Positions 45,417 to 56,311 of a DNA stretch of 64,000 nucleotides are shown one piece after another. The DNA comes from a virus. The stretch covers positions 1 through 64,000 of IMG/VR virus record IMGVR_UViG_3300005096_000005. The stretch is one strand, 5' to 3'. The position numbers were made by a program, and so were the translations under genes. Below the pieces are notes generated by a model. That model was not told the DNA's origin and did no database searches. It saw nothing but the letters and a program-made list of their open reading frames with translations. Position 1 is the first letter of the stretch. Each line of letters opens with the position of its first letter.

Positions 45417-45945
45417 TGACAAAATGTATCAGGCACTAATGGAAAGGCAGGCCGATCTTGCAATAAACGGCCCCAAAATCGATCAGTGCCCAATCTGCGG
45501 CGGAGCTACAGGTCGACTCCCCTGGCAGACAAAGGAAGGTCTATTCGAACAGATATACGGGTACCATTACTCGTGTGCCAAACAGGCAGATGCGTCCCAG
45601 TATCTGGAGTTCGAAAAAGACTGGAACAAACTGCAGGAGATTGAAGCGAAAAAGAAAGGGAAACTGGCACCGCAGGCAGGTTCAGCAGGGGCAAAGATTC
45701 AACAGGCAGTAAGGCGTCGCCTGGAAGAAGAAGCGGGAAGAGCAGGTCATCCAAACAAGAGGGTCCAGCCTTCGCCGGCACAGAAGGACGCCCCAGCTAC
45801 GCAGCCAACTGCAGAACAACCAGCATCGGAATCCACGCCGGTGTCGGAAACTGAAGAGCAGAGGGCAAACAAAGTGGACGACGAACTCTCAACTCTCAAA
45901 GATGAGAATAAAGAGGACGGCGAAAAAACAAGAGAGAAGGAATAA
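45409..45945 (+). CDS. Zn-binding hypothetical protein with disordered tail
   Basis: GGAGGTG SD; CPIC...HYSC. Confidence 0.55.
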   Translation: MADDKMYQALMERQADLAINGPKIDQCPICGGATGRLPWQTKEGLFEQIYGYHYSCAKQADASQYLEFEKDWNKLQEIEAKKKGKLAPQAGSAGAKIQQAVRRRLEEEAGRAGHPNKRVQPSPAQKDAPATQPTAEQPASESTPVSETEEQRANKVDDELSTLKDENKEDGEKTREKE

Positions 45946-45951
45946 CCTGGT

Positions 45952-46857
45952 ATGAACATTCTGGATCTGGTGGATGCAAACCTCGTCGAGCGAGAAGTGA
46001 AACGGCGGGAAGAGAGACTCAAAACCCAGAGGGAAGGGTTCTTCTGGCCATCGGAATGTTCCGTTCTTTACTATCCAGTCCCGGGAGACAATTCCATTGT
46101 AGACCCTATCGGGAGTTGTCGACGGAAAGTCTTCTGGCGCTGGATGAAAGAACCATGGACTAATCCATTGCATCCCGGCTCAATCAGAGTCATGACTATG
46201 GGAAAGGTAATTGAACAGCAGGAGCTGGATTGGTACTTTGAGTTCGGCATGGGTATTGCCAGGAACTTCAAGTTTCAGAATGCTCATCTCCGAATATCTG
46301 GAGAGGGAGACGCTCTTGTTTATGACCCCAATGCCGGTATCGTCGGTGTGGAAATCAAGAGCTTCTATGGCTACTATGCCCAGAAAGAAATCATGGGCAC
46401 AAGAAGCTCTCCCGGTTTCCCACGTCTGGATAACCTGCTACAGGTCATGTACTACCTGTTAGTCACTAAAATCCCACAATGGCGTATTGTCTACATCACC
46501 AGAGAGCACTTTGACCATCGCCAGTTTGCTATCGGACTGGACGAACACGGTTACGCAATTGTTGAGGATCGTGATAAGGACTTCAGTACGGTGTTCAAAG
46601 GTTTCTCAGTTCATGACTCAGTTCGAAGAATGCAGGAACTGTACGAGATGATAGCCAGGAAGCAACTCCCTCCCAGGGAGCTATTTGAAGTCTATCCCGC
46701 GGACGAGATCGAAAAGAGGTTCGCAAATGGACTCATCTCGAAAACCAGATACAACGACTGGAAAAAGTCCAGTGGAGAAAAAACTGTTGGAGACTGGCAA
46801 TGCAATCCCAAGTACTGTAATTGGTACTCGCTCTGCCAGCAGTCGTCGGCGTCGTAA
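45952..46857 (+). CDS. Cas4-like PD-(D/E)xK exonuclease
   Basis: PSE..GSCRRK; SGEGD; VEIKS; QVMYY; C-x4-C-x5-C C-terminus. Confidence 0.75.
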   Translation: MNILDLVDANLVEREVKRREERLKTQREGFFWPSECSVLYYPVPGDNSIVDPIGSCRRKVFWRWMKEPWTNPLHPGSIRVMTMGKVIEQQELDWYFEFGMGIARNFKFQNAHLRISGEGDALVYDPNAGIVGVEIKSFYGYYAQKEIMGTRSSPGFPRLDNLLQVMYYLLVTKIPQWRIVYITREHFDHRQFAIGLDEHGYAIVEDRDKDFSTVFKGFSVHDSVRRMQELYEMIARKQLPPRELFEVYPADEIEKRFANGLISKTRYNDWKKSSGEKTVGDWQCNPKYCNWYSLCQQSSAS

Positions 46858-47214
46858 GAAGGCTCAGTATCAGCCGGTTACTACAGTAGAAGAGATTCTG
46901 AAACAGTTAATGAGTTTCAGAAACGGTGTACAGGATCTCGTTCATACAATGCTGTTTACGGGGCTTGATCCAAACAGTAACGCAAAGACAATGAAGACTC
47001 ACGTACGTGCTGCTGCGCGGCAGGAGAGCACGTTTCGAAAGCAGGTGTTTGCACTCTATAATAATGAGGTCGACCAGATTATGAGGTCGCTCAGAGCCTT
47101 CAGCGCAGTAGCTCCTTGCGAAAAGTGCAATTGCACTGGTAAACTGGGACAACTCGATGGTCCTCCAAAGCGTTGTCCAGTATGTAAAGGAACTGGTTGG
47201 GAACCATTGGTCTA

Positions 47215-48015
47215 ATGGCCAGGACAGTTATCTTCAAACCATACCATGTGTTTGCATTTAACAGGTGCCCAATCCTGGCGTACATGAATGTCGATCTGAC
47301 ACCACCATACGCCAGATGTCTGAGAACAGCGTTACTGGACATTGCCAGAGGATACGCTAAAGATCCAGACTCTCCTCCATCTATGATGTACTATCTGAAT
47401 GAGTTCGATAAAGAGTGGAGAGTTGCAGATGGTGCACTGAAGACCTATGAACCAAGCAGGAAGGAGAAGCTCGCCAGCGGTGCTATGAGGCGTCTGGCTA
47501 CATGGTATGGCGACCTGGCTGTATGCAGAGACCAGCCACTGAAGATCCCGAAACTTGTGGGTGTAAACTCCATAAAGTTTCTTGGAACGTTCTACGAGCG
47601 CTCCGGAGAGTCATATCACCTGTACATAGATATCCCCCTGGATGTAATTCTTCATGACGACACGCTATTGAGCATGGGGGTCTATGGCGTTGGAGGTAGT
47701 CGCATCAATCCGTACATGACTCCATTGGCCATGCCACACGCATGGGCCACGCTCGTCTGGCACGCAGAGCACAGGTTACGAGACATGAGCCGGATTAAGC
47801 GGGTTATCAATATGTCTATTAAAGCGATTGATGGCCTGGAAAACTCTCTCAGGTATTATCTCAGAGGAATCCATAATGTACTGTCTGGTCCAATAATTGC
47901 CGGCCGATTCGCAACTACATGCAAACGATGCAATCGCTGCAATGGTAACTACTTCATAGAAACAGAAGGTGAAAATGGTTATGGAAAAGAGAAAGAGACC
48001 CAGGGTAATAATTGA
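47215..48015 (+). CDS. Hypothetical protein, possibly degenerate PD-(D/E)xK fold
   Basis: FNRCP at N-terminus; CKRCNRC at C-terminus. Confidence 0.45.
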   Translation: MARTVIFKPYHVFAFNRCPILAYMNVDLTPPYARCLRTALLDIARGYAKDPDSPPSMMYYLNEFDKEWRVADGALKTYEPSRKEKLASGAMRRLATWYGDLAVCRDQPLKIPKLVGVNSIKFLGTFYERSGESYHLYIDIPLDVILHDDTLLSMGVYGVGGSRINPYMTPLAMPHAWATLVWHAEHRLRDMSRIKRVINMSIKAIDGLENSLRYYLRGIHNVLSGPIIAGRFATTCKRCNRCNGNYFIETEGENGYGKEKETQGNN

Positions 48016-48269
48016 TGGACAGGTAATCCGGTCTGAGTTCCAGGATATAGATTCCAGCGATGACAATATGGAAGTCGTTGAGATAGGAATGGAAGACCTG
48101 ATTACAGATGATGGGTCTGATGGGCAGGACCTGGTCGATATGACAACTGGAAAGACTGTCATTAAAGAGCGTGGTGGGAAACTAATTGTAAACGAAAGCC
48201 TCGGCATTATTGGGGGTGTAAAGAACGCCCCTGGTAGAAAGGCAATCTACCGGCTTGGAGAGGAAGAGG

Positions 48270-48908
48270 ATGGCAAAACAAGGATCAGGAAAACCAAAGT
48301 CAAAAGCGGCAAAGAAAAGAGCAAGAAAAGCAGCAGAGCTGAAGGTAAAAAAGAGAAGTAAGAATCCATTCCTCATACTTGCGTTTGACACCGCATCACA
48401 TAATACTGGGTTTGCAGCTCGGATGAGTCATGACATCCTGATCCCCGGCCTTGAAACGTCCATTACATATGCAAACCTGCAGACCGAAAGCACTCACCTG
48501 GAGGTCAGATGCGGAAATATATATACAGAAGCCAAAGGTATATTCAACTACTTCCAACAGTGGAAGAATGACCACAACTACCAGGTTGTTGTAGTCATGG
48601 AACAGCCATTCAATAAGCGCTTTGTCGCTGTTTATGCAGCCTTACGGTGCGTACAGATAGCCGTTGCGTGTGCAGCCCACCAATATGAGTTCCCTATAAG
48701 ATACGTCACTCCAAATCAGTCACGAGCGGCATTGGATCTGCCGGCAGGAGCGGATAAAGCAGATATCCGTATGAAGATTCTAAAGAGATACAGTTCAACA
48801 GACTCGTCACTGGAATCTGCTGATGACAATATAACAGACGCAATAGCAATAGCTGATGCATTTGCTGCAGGATACTGTACTAATAAATCTATAAGGAGGA
48901 TTCGCTAA
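48270..48908 (+). CDS. ruvC: RuvC-like Holliday junction resolvase
   Basis: ILAFDTASHNTG; VVMEQP; ADK; DNITDAIAIA. Confidence 0.8.
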   Translation: MAKQGSGKPKSKAAKKRARKAAELKVKKRSKNPFLILAFDTASHNTGFAARMSHDILIPGLETSITYANLQTESTHLEVRCGNIYTEAKGIFNYFQQWKNDHNYQVVVVMEQPFNKRFVAVYAALRCVQIAVACAAHQYEFPIRYVTPNQSRAALDLPAGADKADIRMKILKRYSSTDSSLESADDNITDAIAIADAFAAGYCTNKSIRRIR

Positions 48909-49387
48909 TGGTACTACTATGTCCAATACTATGTGACAAGAACAACGGACAGAGAATGACTATTCTCATCAAGAGAGATAAGCCCGACTGGCAGAGAGGA
49001 AAGATGAACCTTCCAGGAGGACGGATTCGGGAAGACGAGGCTCCGTGGGTTGCTGCAAGCCGTGAGTTTCTGGAACACACTGGTATTGCAGTAGATCCCG
49101 GGGAACTCACCTACGTAGGAGCCATCACGAATACACTTTCTCTACGTCCTGAGTCCCTTGACAGGCCCGTATTCGTCTATACCGTTCGTCTGTCCGAAGA
49201 CGTTATCGACCAGCTTGCAGATGAGAAAGTAATGAAGACATGGTGTGGCGAGATTGTAGATGCCCTATGTCATCCGGACTTGATTCCCGATCTCACGTTC
49301 ATTATCCCAAGATGCATGGAGAGACTTGCCGGCTGGAACGAACGCTGCTCTCACACAATAGCAGGCAGCATGCAAGCTAAAAAGTAA
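48908..49387 (+). CDS. Nudix hydrolase
   Basis: NLPGGRIREDEAPWVAASREFLEHTGI Nudix box (one E replaced by H). Confidence 0.8.
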   Translation: MVLLCPILCDKNNGQRMTILIKRDKPDWQRGKMNLPGGRIREDEAPWVAASREFLEHTGIAVDPGELTYVGAITNTLSLRPESLDRPVFVYTVRLSEDVIDQLADEKVMKTWCGEIVDALCHPDLIPDLTFIIPRCMERLAGWNERCSHTIAGSMQAKK

Positions 49388-49397
49388 AGGAGACATC

Positions 49398-50627
49398 ATG
49401 ACAGAATTGTTTGAACTTCCACGTCTGTATGGTGAGGGAAGTAAAGGGACTACAAAGGAATGGGAGATAAGTGTGGTACCTGTTATGAGCCCTGACGGCG
49501 ACTACGGAGAGATCCACACCGAGTATGGCTCAACTGGAGCCAGAATGCAGACAACCGTCAAGGTTATCAAAGAAGGTAAGAACATCGGGAAGGCCAACGA
49601 AACAACCCCGTTCGAACAGGCTTGTAAGGAAGCCCAGTCAGCCTGGACCAAGAAAAAGAAGAAGGGGTACAGAGAGTCCATTGAAGATCTGCGGAACATG
49701 GTAACCGCGGCCGACATGACTTCTAAAGGCGCATCAGGCATTGAGAGTGGTAAGGCAATCCTTCCAATGCTGGCACATCCATTCAACAAGAGAAAGCACA
49801 ATATTGTATGGCCAGCATTCGCTCAAGCAAAGATCGATGGCCACCGGGCGTATGGTACAGACGGAGCCTTACTAAGCAGGGGCGGCGATCCGGTACCGAG
49901 TCTGCCGAACCTACCACACATTCAACGTGACCTGGACCGTCTTGCCAAGCTCCTGCCCGATGGAACATGGTATGATGGTGAGCTGTATACCAATGATCTC
50001 CCATTCGAGGAATTGGGCGGACACATACGCAGAGCGAAACTGAAGCAAGAGGCAATGGAATATCTGCCCCTTATTAAGTTTTACGTATTCGACTTATTCA
50101 ATCCAAAAGACCTCTCCTGGACATTTGAGGATAGGTTCAATCTTCTGGCCGCACAATGGGACTCATGGAAGCTCAAAAACATTATTCTTGTACCGATTAA
50201 CCTGGTGCATAATGAAGAAGAGTTACGTGCTTTCCATGACATGTGTGTACAAGCTGGCTATGAAGGGGCCGTCATCCGCAATGCTTTGGGGACCTATGCA
50301 ATAGGTCATCATTCTGCCGATACTCAGAAGTTCAAAGAGTTCCAGGACGATGAGTTCCCAATCATCGACTTCAAGGAGGGAACCGGCAAAGACGCCGGCA
50401 CAGTTATCTGGGTATGTAACACTAAGGTAAAAGGCTCTGCCGGTGGCGTGGAAGTTGTGCCCCACTTTGATGTTCGCCCTGTGGGATCTCATGAATACCG
50501 GGCAAGACTGTTTCAGGACGGTGAGAGCTTCATAGGTAAGAACCTTACAGTTCGTTACCAGAACCTGACAGAATACGGTATTCCACGCTTCCCGGTCGGT
50601 CGCGCGATCAGAGAAAAAGGAGAATGA
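49398..50627 (+). CDS. lig: ATP-dependent DNA ligase with WGR-like N-terminus
   Basis: PMLA; KIDGHR; DGELY; FYVFD; YEGAVIR; KFK; PRFP. Confidence 0.92.
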   Translation: MTELFELPRLYGEGSKGTTKEWEISVVPVMSPDGDYGEIHTEYGSTGARMQTTVKVIKEGKNIGKANETTPFEQACKEAQSAWTKKKKKGYRESIEDLRNMVTAADMTSKGASGIESGKAILPMLAHPFNKRKHNIVWPAFAQAKIDGHRAYGTDGALLSRGGDPVPSLPNLPHIQRDLDRLAKLLPDGTWYDGELYTNDLPFEELGGHIRRAKLKQEAMEYLPLIKFYVFDLFNPKDLSWTFEDRFNLLAAQWDSWKLKNIILVPINLVHNEEELRAFHDMCVQAGYEGAVIRNALGTYAIGHHSADTQKFKEFQDDEFPIIDFKEGTGKDAGTVIWVCNTKVKGSAGGVEVVPHFDVRPVGSHEYRARLFQDGESFIGKNLTVRYQNLTEYGIPRFPVGRAIREKGE

Positions 50628-51163
50628 CCATGAAGAATGAGCTTCCCATGGGGACTTTCACACACAACAAAGGCATCCATCTATATATGTATATAGTGTC
50701 GGATAGTGAGCCCTGTGGCGTTTTCGCAATCAGATTGAGTGAAACGGTTCCAATGAGTAAAGTACTCAAGTCATTGGATACTCCTTTTGTCTCACTCTAT
50801 AAGCTCTCCCATCTAACACATGAAGGACTGGAGAAGATGCTCAACATTGTATCGACACAGTATCATAGCGAGATGCTCAGAGCTGGCACTTACGGACATA
50901 AAACCCCCAAAGGACTTGTTCCAAAAACGGGTGTTTGTATTGGAGTAAGATACTCTGATTCCACAACAGGAACGACCGGAAGCGGGCGAATGATCCAGGT
51001 CCAGGGAGTTGACAAGGTCGACAATGTTAGGTTGAAGATCCGCGACGCCATTGATGACCTTTGCGACAGCATTGTAGAAGATGCAACAGACTGGAACTAT
51101 AGACTCGCCAGAGAGAACAAAATAACCAAGCCCTCAAAGCGAGCAAAGAAGACTACTGAATAG
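50624..51163 (+). CDS. Hypothetical protein
   Basis: AAGGAG SD; ORF track. Confidence 0.55.
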   Translation: MTMKNELPMGTFTHNKGIHLYMYIVSDSEPCGVFAIRLSETVPMSKVLKSLDTPFVSLYKLSHLTHEGLEKMLNIVSTQYHSEMLRAGTYGHKTPKGLVPKTGVCIGVRYSDSTTGTTGSGRMIQVQGVDKVDNVRLKIRDAIDDLCDSIVEDATDWNYRLARENKITKPSKRAKKTTE

Positions 51164-51177
51164 AAAGGAGGATAGAC

Positions 51178-51465
51178 ATGAACAGATGTCAGATATGTGT
51201 GCCCCAGGAAGTAATTCTGACAGCCCTCAAAAACATCGGCTATAGCCTTGCGGGTGATACGTGTGTATGCGGTGCCGAATTCAGTTCTAAAGACAATTCA
51301 ATCTGGCTTGAGTTGGAAGGAGAGATGAAGCGAGAAGTGGCCATAGAGTTCCCGACAATACAACAACTCAGAGAAACGGACAGTCACCTTCAAGAGCTGA
51401 AGAACCCAATACCGACAATCAGAATCATTCCTCTGGACGAAGACGGCCACCCGACCGACCCATAA
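51178..51465 (+). CDS. Zn-ribbon hypothetical protein
   Basis: GGAGG SD; CQIC...CVC. Confidence 0.5.
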   Translation: MNRCQICVPQEVILTALKNIGYSLAGDTCVCGAEFSSKDNSIWLELEGEMKREVAIEFPTIQQLRETDSHLQELKNPIPTIRIIPLDEDGHPTDP

Positions 51466-51772
51466 GTCCTTTCAATACATCTCCACCTTCTGGAGCCACA
51501 GCTTTATCTCTCTCTGCCGTAACACTATGATTGACACTGGGTGGTACCACGACCGCATTCGTAAGCGCGGGCTTGGTCCACTCTGGTGTCTTCTTTTGTG
51601 GAGATAAGGTGTTCGCCCGGCTCACATTTCCTACCTCTGCATTCTGTGCTACGACCTGTGAGAGCAGACGTACATCCGGTGTTTTCCTCATACAATACCC
51701 CAGTTTAATTACACCATAAGCAATCACACACAGTGCCCCTGTACTTATAATTGAACAGAGGTCCTGTATCAC
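51425..51772 (-). CDS. Small membrane-anchored protein
   Basis: N-terminal TM segment; coupled to actin-like gene. Confidence 0.5.
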   Translation of the reverse strand: MIQDLCSIISTGALCVIAYGVIKLGYCMRKTPDVRLLSQVVAQNAEVGNVSRANTLSPQKKTPEWTKPALTNAVVVPPSVNHSVTAERDKAVAPEGGDVLKGLMGRSGGRLRPEE

Positions 51773-52926
51773 GGCTTGCCTCCTGCCGGATGGAACCCGG
51801 AAGGTATTGGAGGGAGCTCTGTCTGTTGAGGCTCTTGTTGTGGAGCCTCTTTTTGTGGCTCATCGCCACTCCCAGCCTTGTCGGCACTGGGTTCGGTCAC
51901 CTGTTCCGGCTGTTTTGCCGGAGACGAGGTTTCATCTTCATCAGAAGATGCCTCTGCATGCAGTAGAGCACCCTTTGCGACCGCATACAATGGATCCTGT
52001 ACATGAAACACATCTCCGATAGGTATAGGGAATCCTACAGCCTTAAAACGCTCCTCAAAACGCTTCACAAACCCCGGAACCATAGATGTGCCCCCAGCTA
52101 TAGCGATCTGCAGAGGCTCCTTAACCCGTGGTGGACGCTCGAGTGTATCAAACGCTGCCTTGATATTCTTGGCTGTGGCATCAATCAAGCTGTTATAAGC
52201 CGACTCAATCTGCCACAGTCCGTCACGTCCAATATTGTTGTTATCCAGAGAGAACTCATTCTCCTTCATATCTGTTATCTCTGCCCTGGAAAACCCGGAG
52301 GCATCTGCAGCAACCTGGTCTACCCAATCTCCAGACTGTTGCATACTAAAGGAGAACAGCTCATCTGCCAGGAATGAGAAGCTGACATTGACCATACCTC
52401 CGCCAAAGCTGATACCTATCCCTGTGAATCTGGACTTAGCAAGGGCAGAGAGTACGACACAATAGCCTTCGTGTACGGTATCCACAGTCCAGCCGAGCTC
52501 GCGCAGGATCTGTAGGAGCACGTCTTTGTGGTGGTCGATAAGGTACTCACAGTCGATAGTGGGAGCCGGTATACTGAGTGTGCAATTACCTCTACCCTTA
52601 CTGGCAACAGACTCCACGATAGCGCGCAACATAGGGTACGCATCCCGCTCCTTCTTATTAAGAATGCCTCTACTCAAAGGCCTCCGCACATCCATGGAGG
52701 TCGGATTGCTATTCGCGTACTCCAGGGCGGAATCACCAACCAGGGCAATTTGGCCATCTTCCCATGGAATCCAATCTATATTGGGATCCTGAGTAAGCAT
52801 CTGCCTGTTAAACTTTGTTCCTTTAATGAGCACAAAACAGTTTCGTTTGCGTGTAATCTCAACATCACGTTGAGCACGCCTGGCGCCTACCACGAACATT
52901 GTGCCACAGTCCATTCCAAGATTCAC
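51769..52926 (-). CDS. Actin-fold ATPase (MreB/ParM/FtsA-like)
   Basis: GMDCGT phosphate 1; RPLSRG; ISFGGG phosphate 2; AGGTS adenosine; DPLYAVAKGA. Confidence 0.8.
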   Translation of the reverse strand: MNLGMDCGTMFVVGARRAQRDVEITRKRNCFVLIKGTKFNRQMLTQDPNIDWIPWEDGQIALVGDSALEYANSNPTSMDVRRPLSRGILNKKERDAYPMLRAIVESVASKGRGNCTLSIPAPTIDCEYLIDHHKDVLLQILRELGWTVDTVHEGYCVVLSALAKSRFTGIGISFGGGMVNVSFSFLADELFSFSMQQSGDWVDQVAADASGFSRAEITDMKENEFSLDNNNIGRDGLWQIESAYNSLIDATAKNIKAAFDTLERPPRVKEPLQIAIAGGTSMVPGFVKRFEERFKAVGFPIPIGDVFHVQDPLYAVAKGALLHAEASSDEDETSSPAKQPEQVTEPSADKAGSGDEPQKEAPQQEPQQTELPPIPSGFHPAGGKP

Positions 52927-53195
52927 TGGGCACCTCCCTGCTGCCCCACGGCCTGTATCATACGTCGCGTTATCTCTGCCTGCGTCCGCTTGGCAGCAAA
53001 CACAGAACCGAGCTTAAGTTTTTGCATAGACATTGCAAACTCAAGCAGGGAATGCACGTCTTCTAATGGGACACCATCCTCGGTTTGGGTAATCCCACTA
53101 AAAGTAAAGCCACCATTCGGATGCCTCTGATAATTGATAGTAATAGTGTGATCCACCGGCTTTGGTACTTCCTTCTTTGTTGCTCTTTTTGCCAT
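52923..53195 (-). CDS. Hypothetical protein
   Basis: AAGGAGG SD; coupled to actin-like gene. Confidence 0.6.
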   Translation of the reverse strand: MAKRATKKEVPKPVDHTITINYQRHPNGGFTFSGITQTEDGVPLEDVHSLLEFAMSMQKLKLGSVFAAKRTQAEITRRMIQAVGQQGGAQ

Positions 53196-53210
53196 AACTG
53201 CCTCCTTAAC

Positions 53211-55295
53211 TTATTCGACGACGATCTTCTTAAAAGACGGGGTAGCGCTATTGTCGAAACGTTTGATCGTTCCCGTCATATCGTCAGTCCTCACCCCAAA
53301 AACAACCTCAATACGCCCGTCTCCTTTATCCACCACATCCGCAAATCGCGGTTCAGTAGCAGGATCTGGATTAAACAGAGCGTACTTATTATTGACCCAG
53401 GACGAGGTCTTGTCTCTTATCTCTTCCATCACAGCAGCCGTTGCAGGATCGAACTCAATCTGAAAACTGCCGGTAGGCTTATACTCTCTGTGATATACTC
53501 CTATATGCATGGCTCCCATCATAACATTGCGACCAGTGGCTATCTCGGGCGTATAGTCAGCCACAAACACCAGACGCAAGAAGTTTAACTCTGTCCTCTT
53601 TACGTGGAGCTCAAGCATCCCCGCATTCCAAAAGATGTTCGGTCCTACCCCCAGAATAGTGTCAGGGTCGCCACCGGTAGTACTCAGGTTGTAAGGACCA
53701 AACTTTGGACTATACGGAACAGGTGTGTCGGGGCTATATGTACCGCCCACCCCGGCATCCATGCGAAACTGTCTGCCCATACCGTCAAGGCCGAATGGTT
53801 CTCCGGTGGAATACCGGACGTCTACAAGATGCATCCGGAACAGCGGAAGTGGATGTATCTGTATTGTGTTCATAAACATGTTTGAGTTAATATCCTGCGG
53901 TAGTTCGATATCATACAGGACCAGTACATGCGACGTTTGCACATCATTATCAAACGGTCTAAGCACAGGCCCATTAAGGTCAGTAACGGGAACAAGGTAC
54001 CATGCTGGCGTTGTTGGGTCTCCGTCCATAGCAAAGAGTGGATCAGTCTGTTCAAACACAGTTTGGATGTCCGCCGACGAGAGCTCCGGACTCACAACAG
54101 AGGCATCCTGCCTGGCAAGTACAGCGTCCTCAAGAATCTTCGAAAGATTGAATGGATTACCAGACCTGAACGGATCATAGTATCTATACTCATTACCATT
54201 GGTATCCTGAAGCGTCTCACCATGAATCCGGAATATCCTGGTGCTCACCTTTAAAGAGTCTGGCACCAACACTTTATCCGTCCCTCTCATCAATGCCTTG
54301 TCTCTCTCAGACTTGTATGGCAAAGTAATCTGTCCGTATGTGGGGTCGTGATGACAATTAGCTGAGTTTGTGAGCAAGCGATACATCGCATTATGTGTGA
54401 CCGGCCCCAGCCTTCCGGATGTAGCAGTCCAAACCCCGCTTGAGGTATGAAAGTCCACGATTACTTGCTCGGAAGGAGAATTAAGTGATACGTTTCCGCC
54501 CTGAGGGACAACAGTCATGTATCCGAGAAACTGCTCAGATCCATTATGCAATACAAGATTGTAACCTGTAGCAATAATATTCTTGGAGCGGTCAAAGAAG
54601 TAGAGAAAGACCGGGGTAGCACTGTCGTTTCCGGTTGCTACTTGCTGGTAAGATTCAACCCTACCAAGATAAAGATCGTTTTGTAATGACACACGAATCA
54701 GGGTCTCATTAGTTGCATGATCTTCATGAAACAAGAAACGATCCTCCGCCTGCTCATAATGGAAGGTTGTCAGATTGGTGGGAAGGGTACCAGCATCAGT
54801 CATGACAACCCAACCATTCGCAACATCCCAGTATTCAACCTGGAAAGGCGCCGCCTTGAATAGTGGTGTGACTGCAAGGTCTGCATAATCTATCCCTCCC
54901 ACATTCACAGTGCTGCCCAGATTTGCAAGAGCGTGCAAAAGACTGAACCTGCATTCATCTATGCCTTCAATTGTCTGGTAATCAGGCGGAAGTTGTATGA
55001 TTGCGAATGATGAACCGGATTGAGCATGTGACGTAACGGTATCAACCGGCGCAGTAAATGGATTTGTAACCCCGGAAAACGAGAGGGATTCGACCATTCC
55101 CTGAAGACTGTCCAGTTGTCCCCCAATCGTATCTTCTATCTGTTTGCTCTTTACCAGTAGTCCCGCATTGAAAGAGTACAATTCTGCCAGGTCTCTGGCC
55201 ACGTTCTCAATAAACTTATTAAGGTCTCCAGACGCAGCAATACCACGATACCTGGTCTTTATTCCTTTTGTTGTAATGTTTACCTGGTTATTCAT
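53211..55295 (-). CDS. Probable virion structural protein
   Basis: 694 aa, beta-rich, in tightly coupled minus-strand operon. Confidence 0.6.
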   Translation of the reverse strand: MNNQVNITTKGIKTRYRGIAASGDLNKFIENVARDLAELYSFNAGLLVKSKQIEDTIGGQLDSLQGMVESLSFSGVTNPFTAPVDTVTSHAQSGSSFAIIQLPPDYQTIEGIDECRFSLLHALANLGSTVNVGGIDYADLAVTPLFKAAPFQVEYWDVANGWVVMTDAGTLPTNLTTFHYEQAEDRFLFHEDHATNETLIRVSLQNDLYLGRVESYQQVATGNDSATPVFLYFFDRSKNIIATGYNLVLHNGSEQFLGYMTVVPQGGNVSLNSPSEQVIVDFHTSSGVWTATSGRLGPVTHNAMYRLLTNSANCHHDPTYGQITLPYKSERDKALMRGTDKVLVPDSLKVSTRIFRIHGETLQDTNGNEYRYYDPFRSGNPFNLSKILEDAVLARQDASVVSPELSSADIQTVFEQTDPLFAMDGDPTTPAWYLVPVTDLNGPVLRPFDNDVQTSHVLVLYDIELPQDINSNMFMNTIQIHPLPLFRMHLVDVRYSTGEPFGLDGMGRQFRMDAGVGGTYSPDTPVPYSPKFGPYNLSTTGGDPDTILGVGPNIFWNAGMLELHVKRTELNFLRLVFVADYTPEIATGRNVMMGAMHIGVYHREYKPTGSFQIEFDPATAAVMEEIRDKTSSWVNNKYALFNPDPATEPRFADVVDKGDGRIEVVFGVRTDDMTGTIKRFDNSATPSFKKIVVE

Positions 55296-56311
55296 ACAAT
55301 CCCCCTCTGTATCCGGAGATGCTCAACGGTACTGTAAAGCTTTCTTAACTTCTCATTCATTCCCTCTGTGGTATCTTGAATGTTTTGCATAGCCTGATTA
55401 GAACCTCTCGCAAGCACTTCATCGATATCGTGAGTTATCTCCCCTGACATAGCAAGTTGTTTCCAACTCTCTCTGGGTCCACGGAACCTGTGGTTCCTAC
55501 GCTTCAACTGAATGTCGTCATTGGGATAATACCGGCTGGACGGTGGGTAGACAACAACGGAATCTTCTACAATAACGCTACAATTGCCTATTAAATCCAC
55601 CACGTATCCATATATGGTGACATCATTCCCTATATTGGTAAAGTACTCTGTTGCACCAAGCTTCCACAAAACAGGAACATACCCGCTCATTGTATTGTCG
55701 ATTCTGGCAATAGTGGAATGGTCAAAGTTCTCTCTCAGCCACCAATCCACCTGTGGTTGTGCAATGTATTCCATCCAGACGTCGGGCGGAATACTCTTGA
55801 GATCCGGTCCCGGTGCAGTAAACCGTACGAAGTCTATATCATCGAAAGTCATGTACCACTCTTTAGAATTGTACCATCTTTCCAGCCCGCTCCATGCAGT
55901 ATGTGGAAGTGGACGATCGTTATACTCAGGACTACCGGGTATGGCTACGTGCTGGTCACGTAAAGCCTCCAGCGCTTCCTTATCCGTAGAAAGAAAAGCG
56001 TACATCAATGGAGGAATCACATCCGGATTGATACCATCCGGCTCAGCGGTCAAAGTTACTGTTAGATCACGACTCTCAGCCTTGCCGGAACCATTATTGA
56101 TAATAAGCTGCGGCACCCACATACATTGCTCAATAACATTGATAACAATCGCATCATCTATAGTTATCAAATTCTCTGACAGATCAGTCAGAGCAACTGT
56201 AACGGTTACGTCAGAGCCGGCAGATGATAAAGTCAAATCAATGGAACGTGTCCGCTGATTCAGGACATACATGATAGGTATAAGGTTGCCATCAATTACC
56301 TGATAAAGCAT
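55292..56311 (-). CDS. Probable virion structural protein
   Basis: 339 aa; coupled start/stop. Confidence 0.55.
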   Translation of the reverse strand: MLYQVIDGNLIPIMYVLNQRTRSIDLTLSSAGSDVTVTVALTDLSENLITIDDAIVINVIEQCMWVPQLIINNGSGKAESRDLTVTLTAEPDGINPDVIPPLMYAFLSTDKEALEALRDQHVAIPGSPEYNDRPLPHTAWSGLERWYNSKEWYMTFDDIDFVRFTAPGPDLKSIPPDVWMEYIAQPQVDWWLRENFDHSTIARIDNTMSGYVPVLWKLGATEYFTNIGNDVTIYGYVVDLIGNCSVIVEDSVVVYPPSSRYYPNDDIQLKRRNHRFRGPRESWKQLAMSGEITHDIDEVLARGSNQAMQNIQDTTEGMNEKLRKLYSTVEHLRIQRGIV

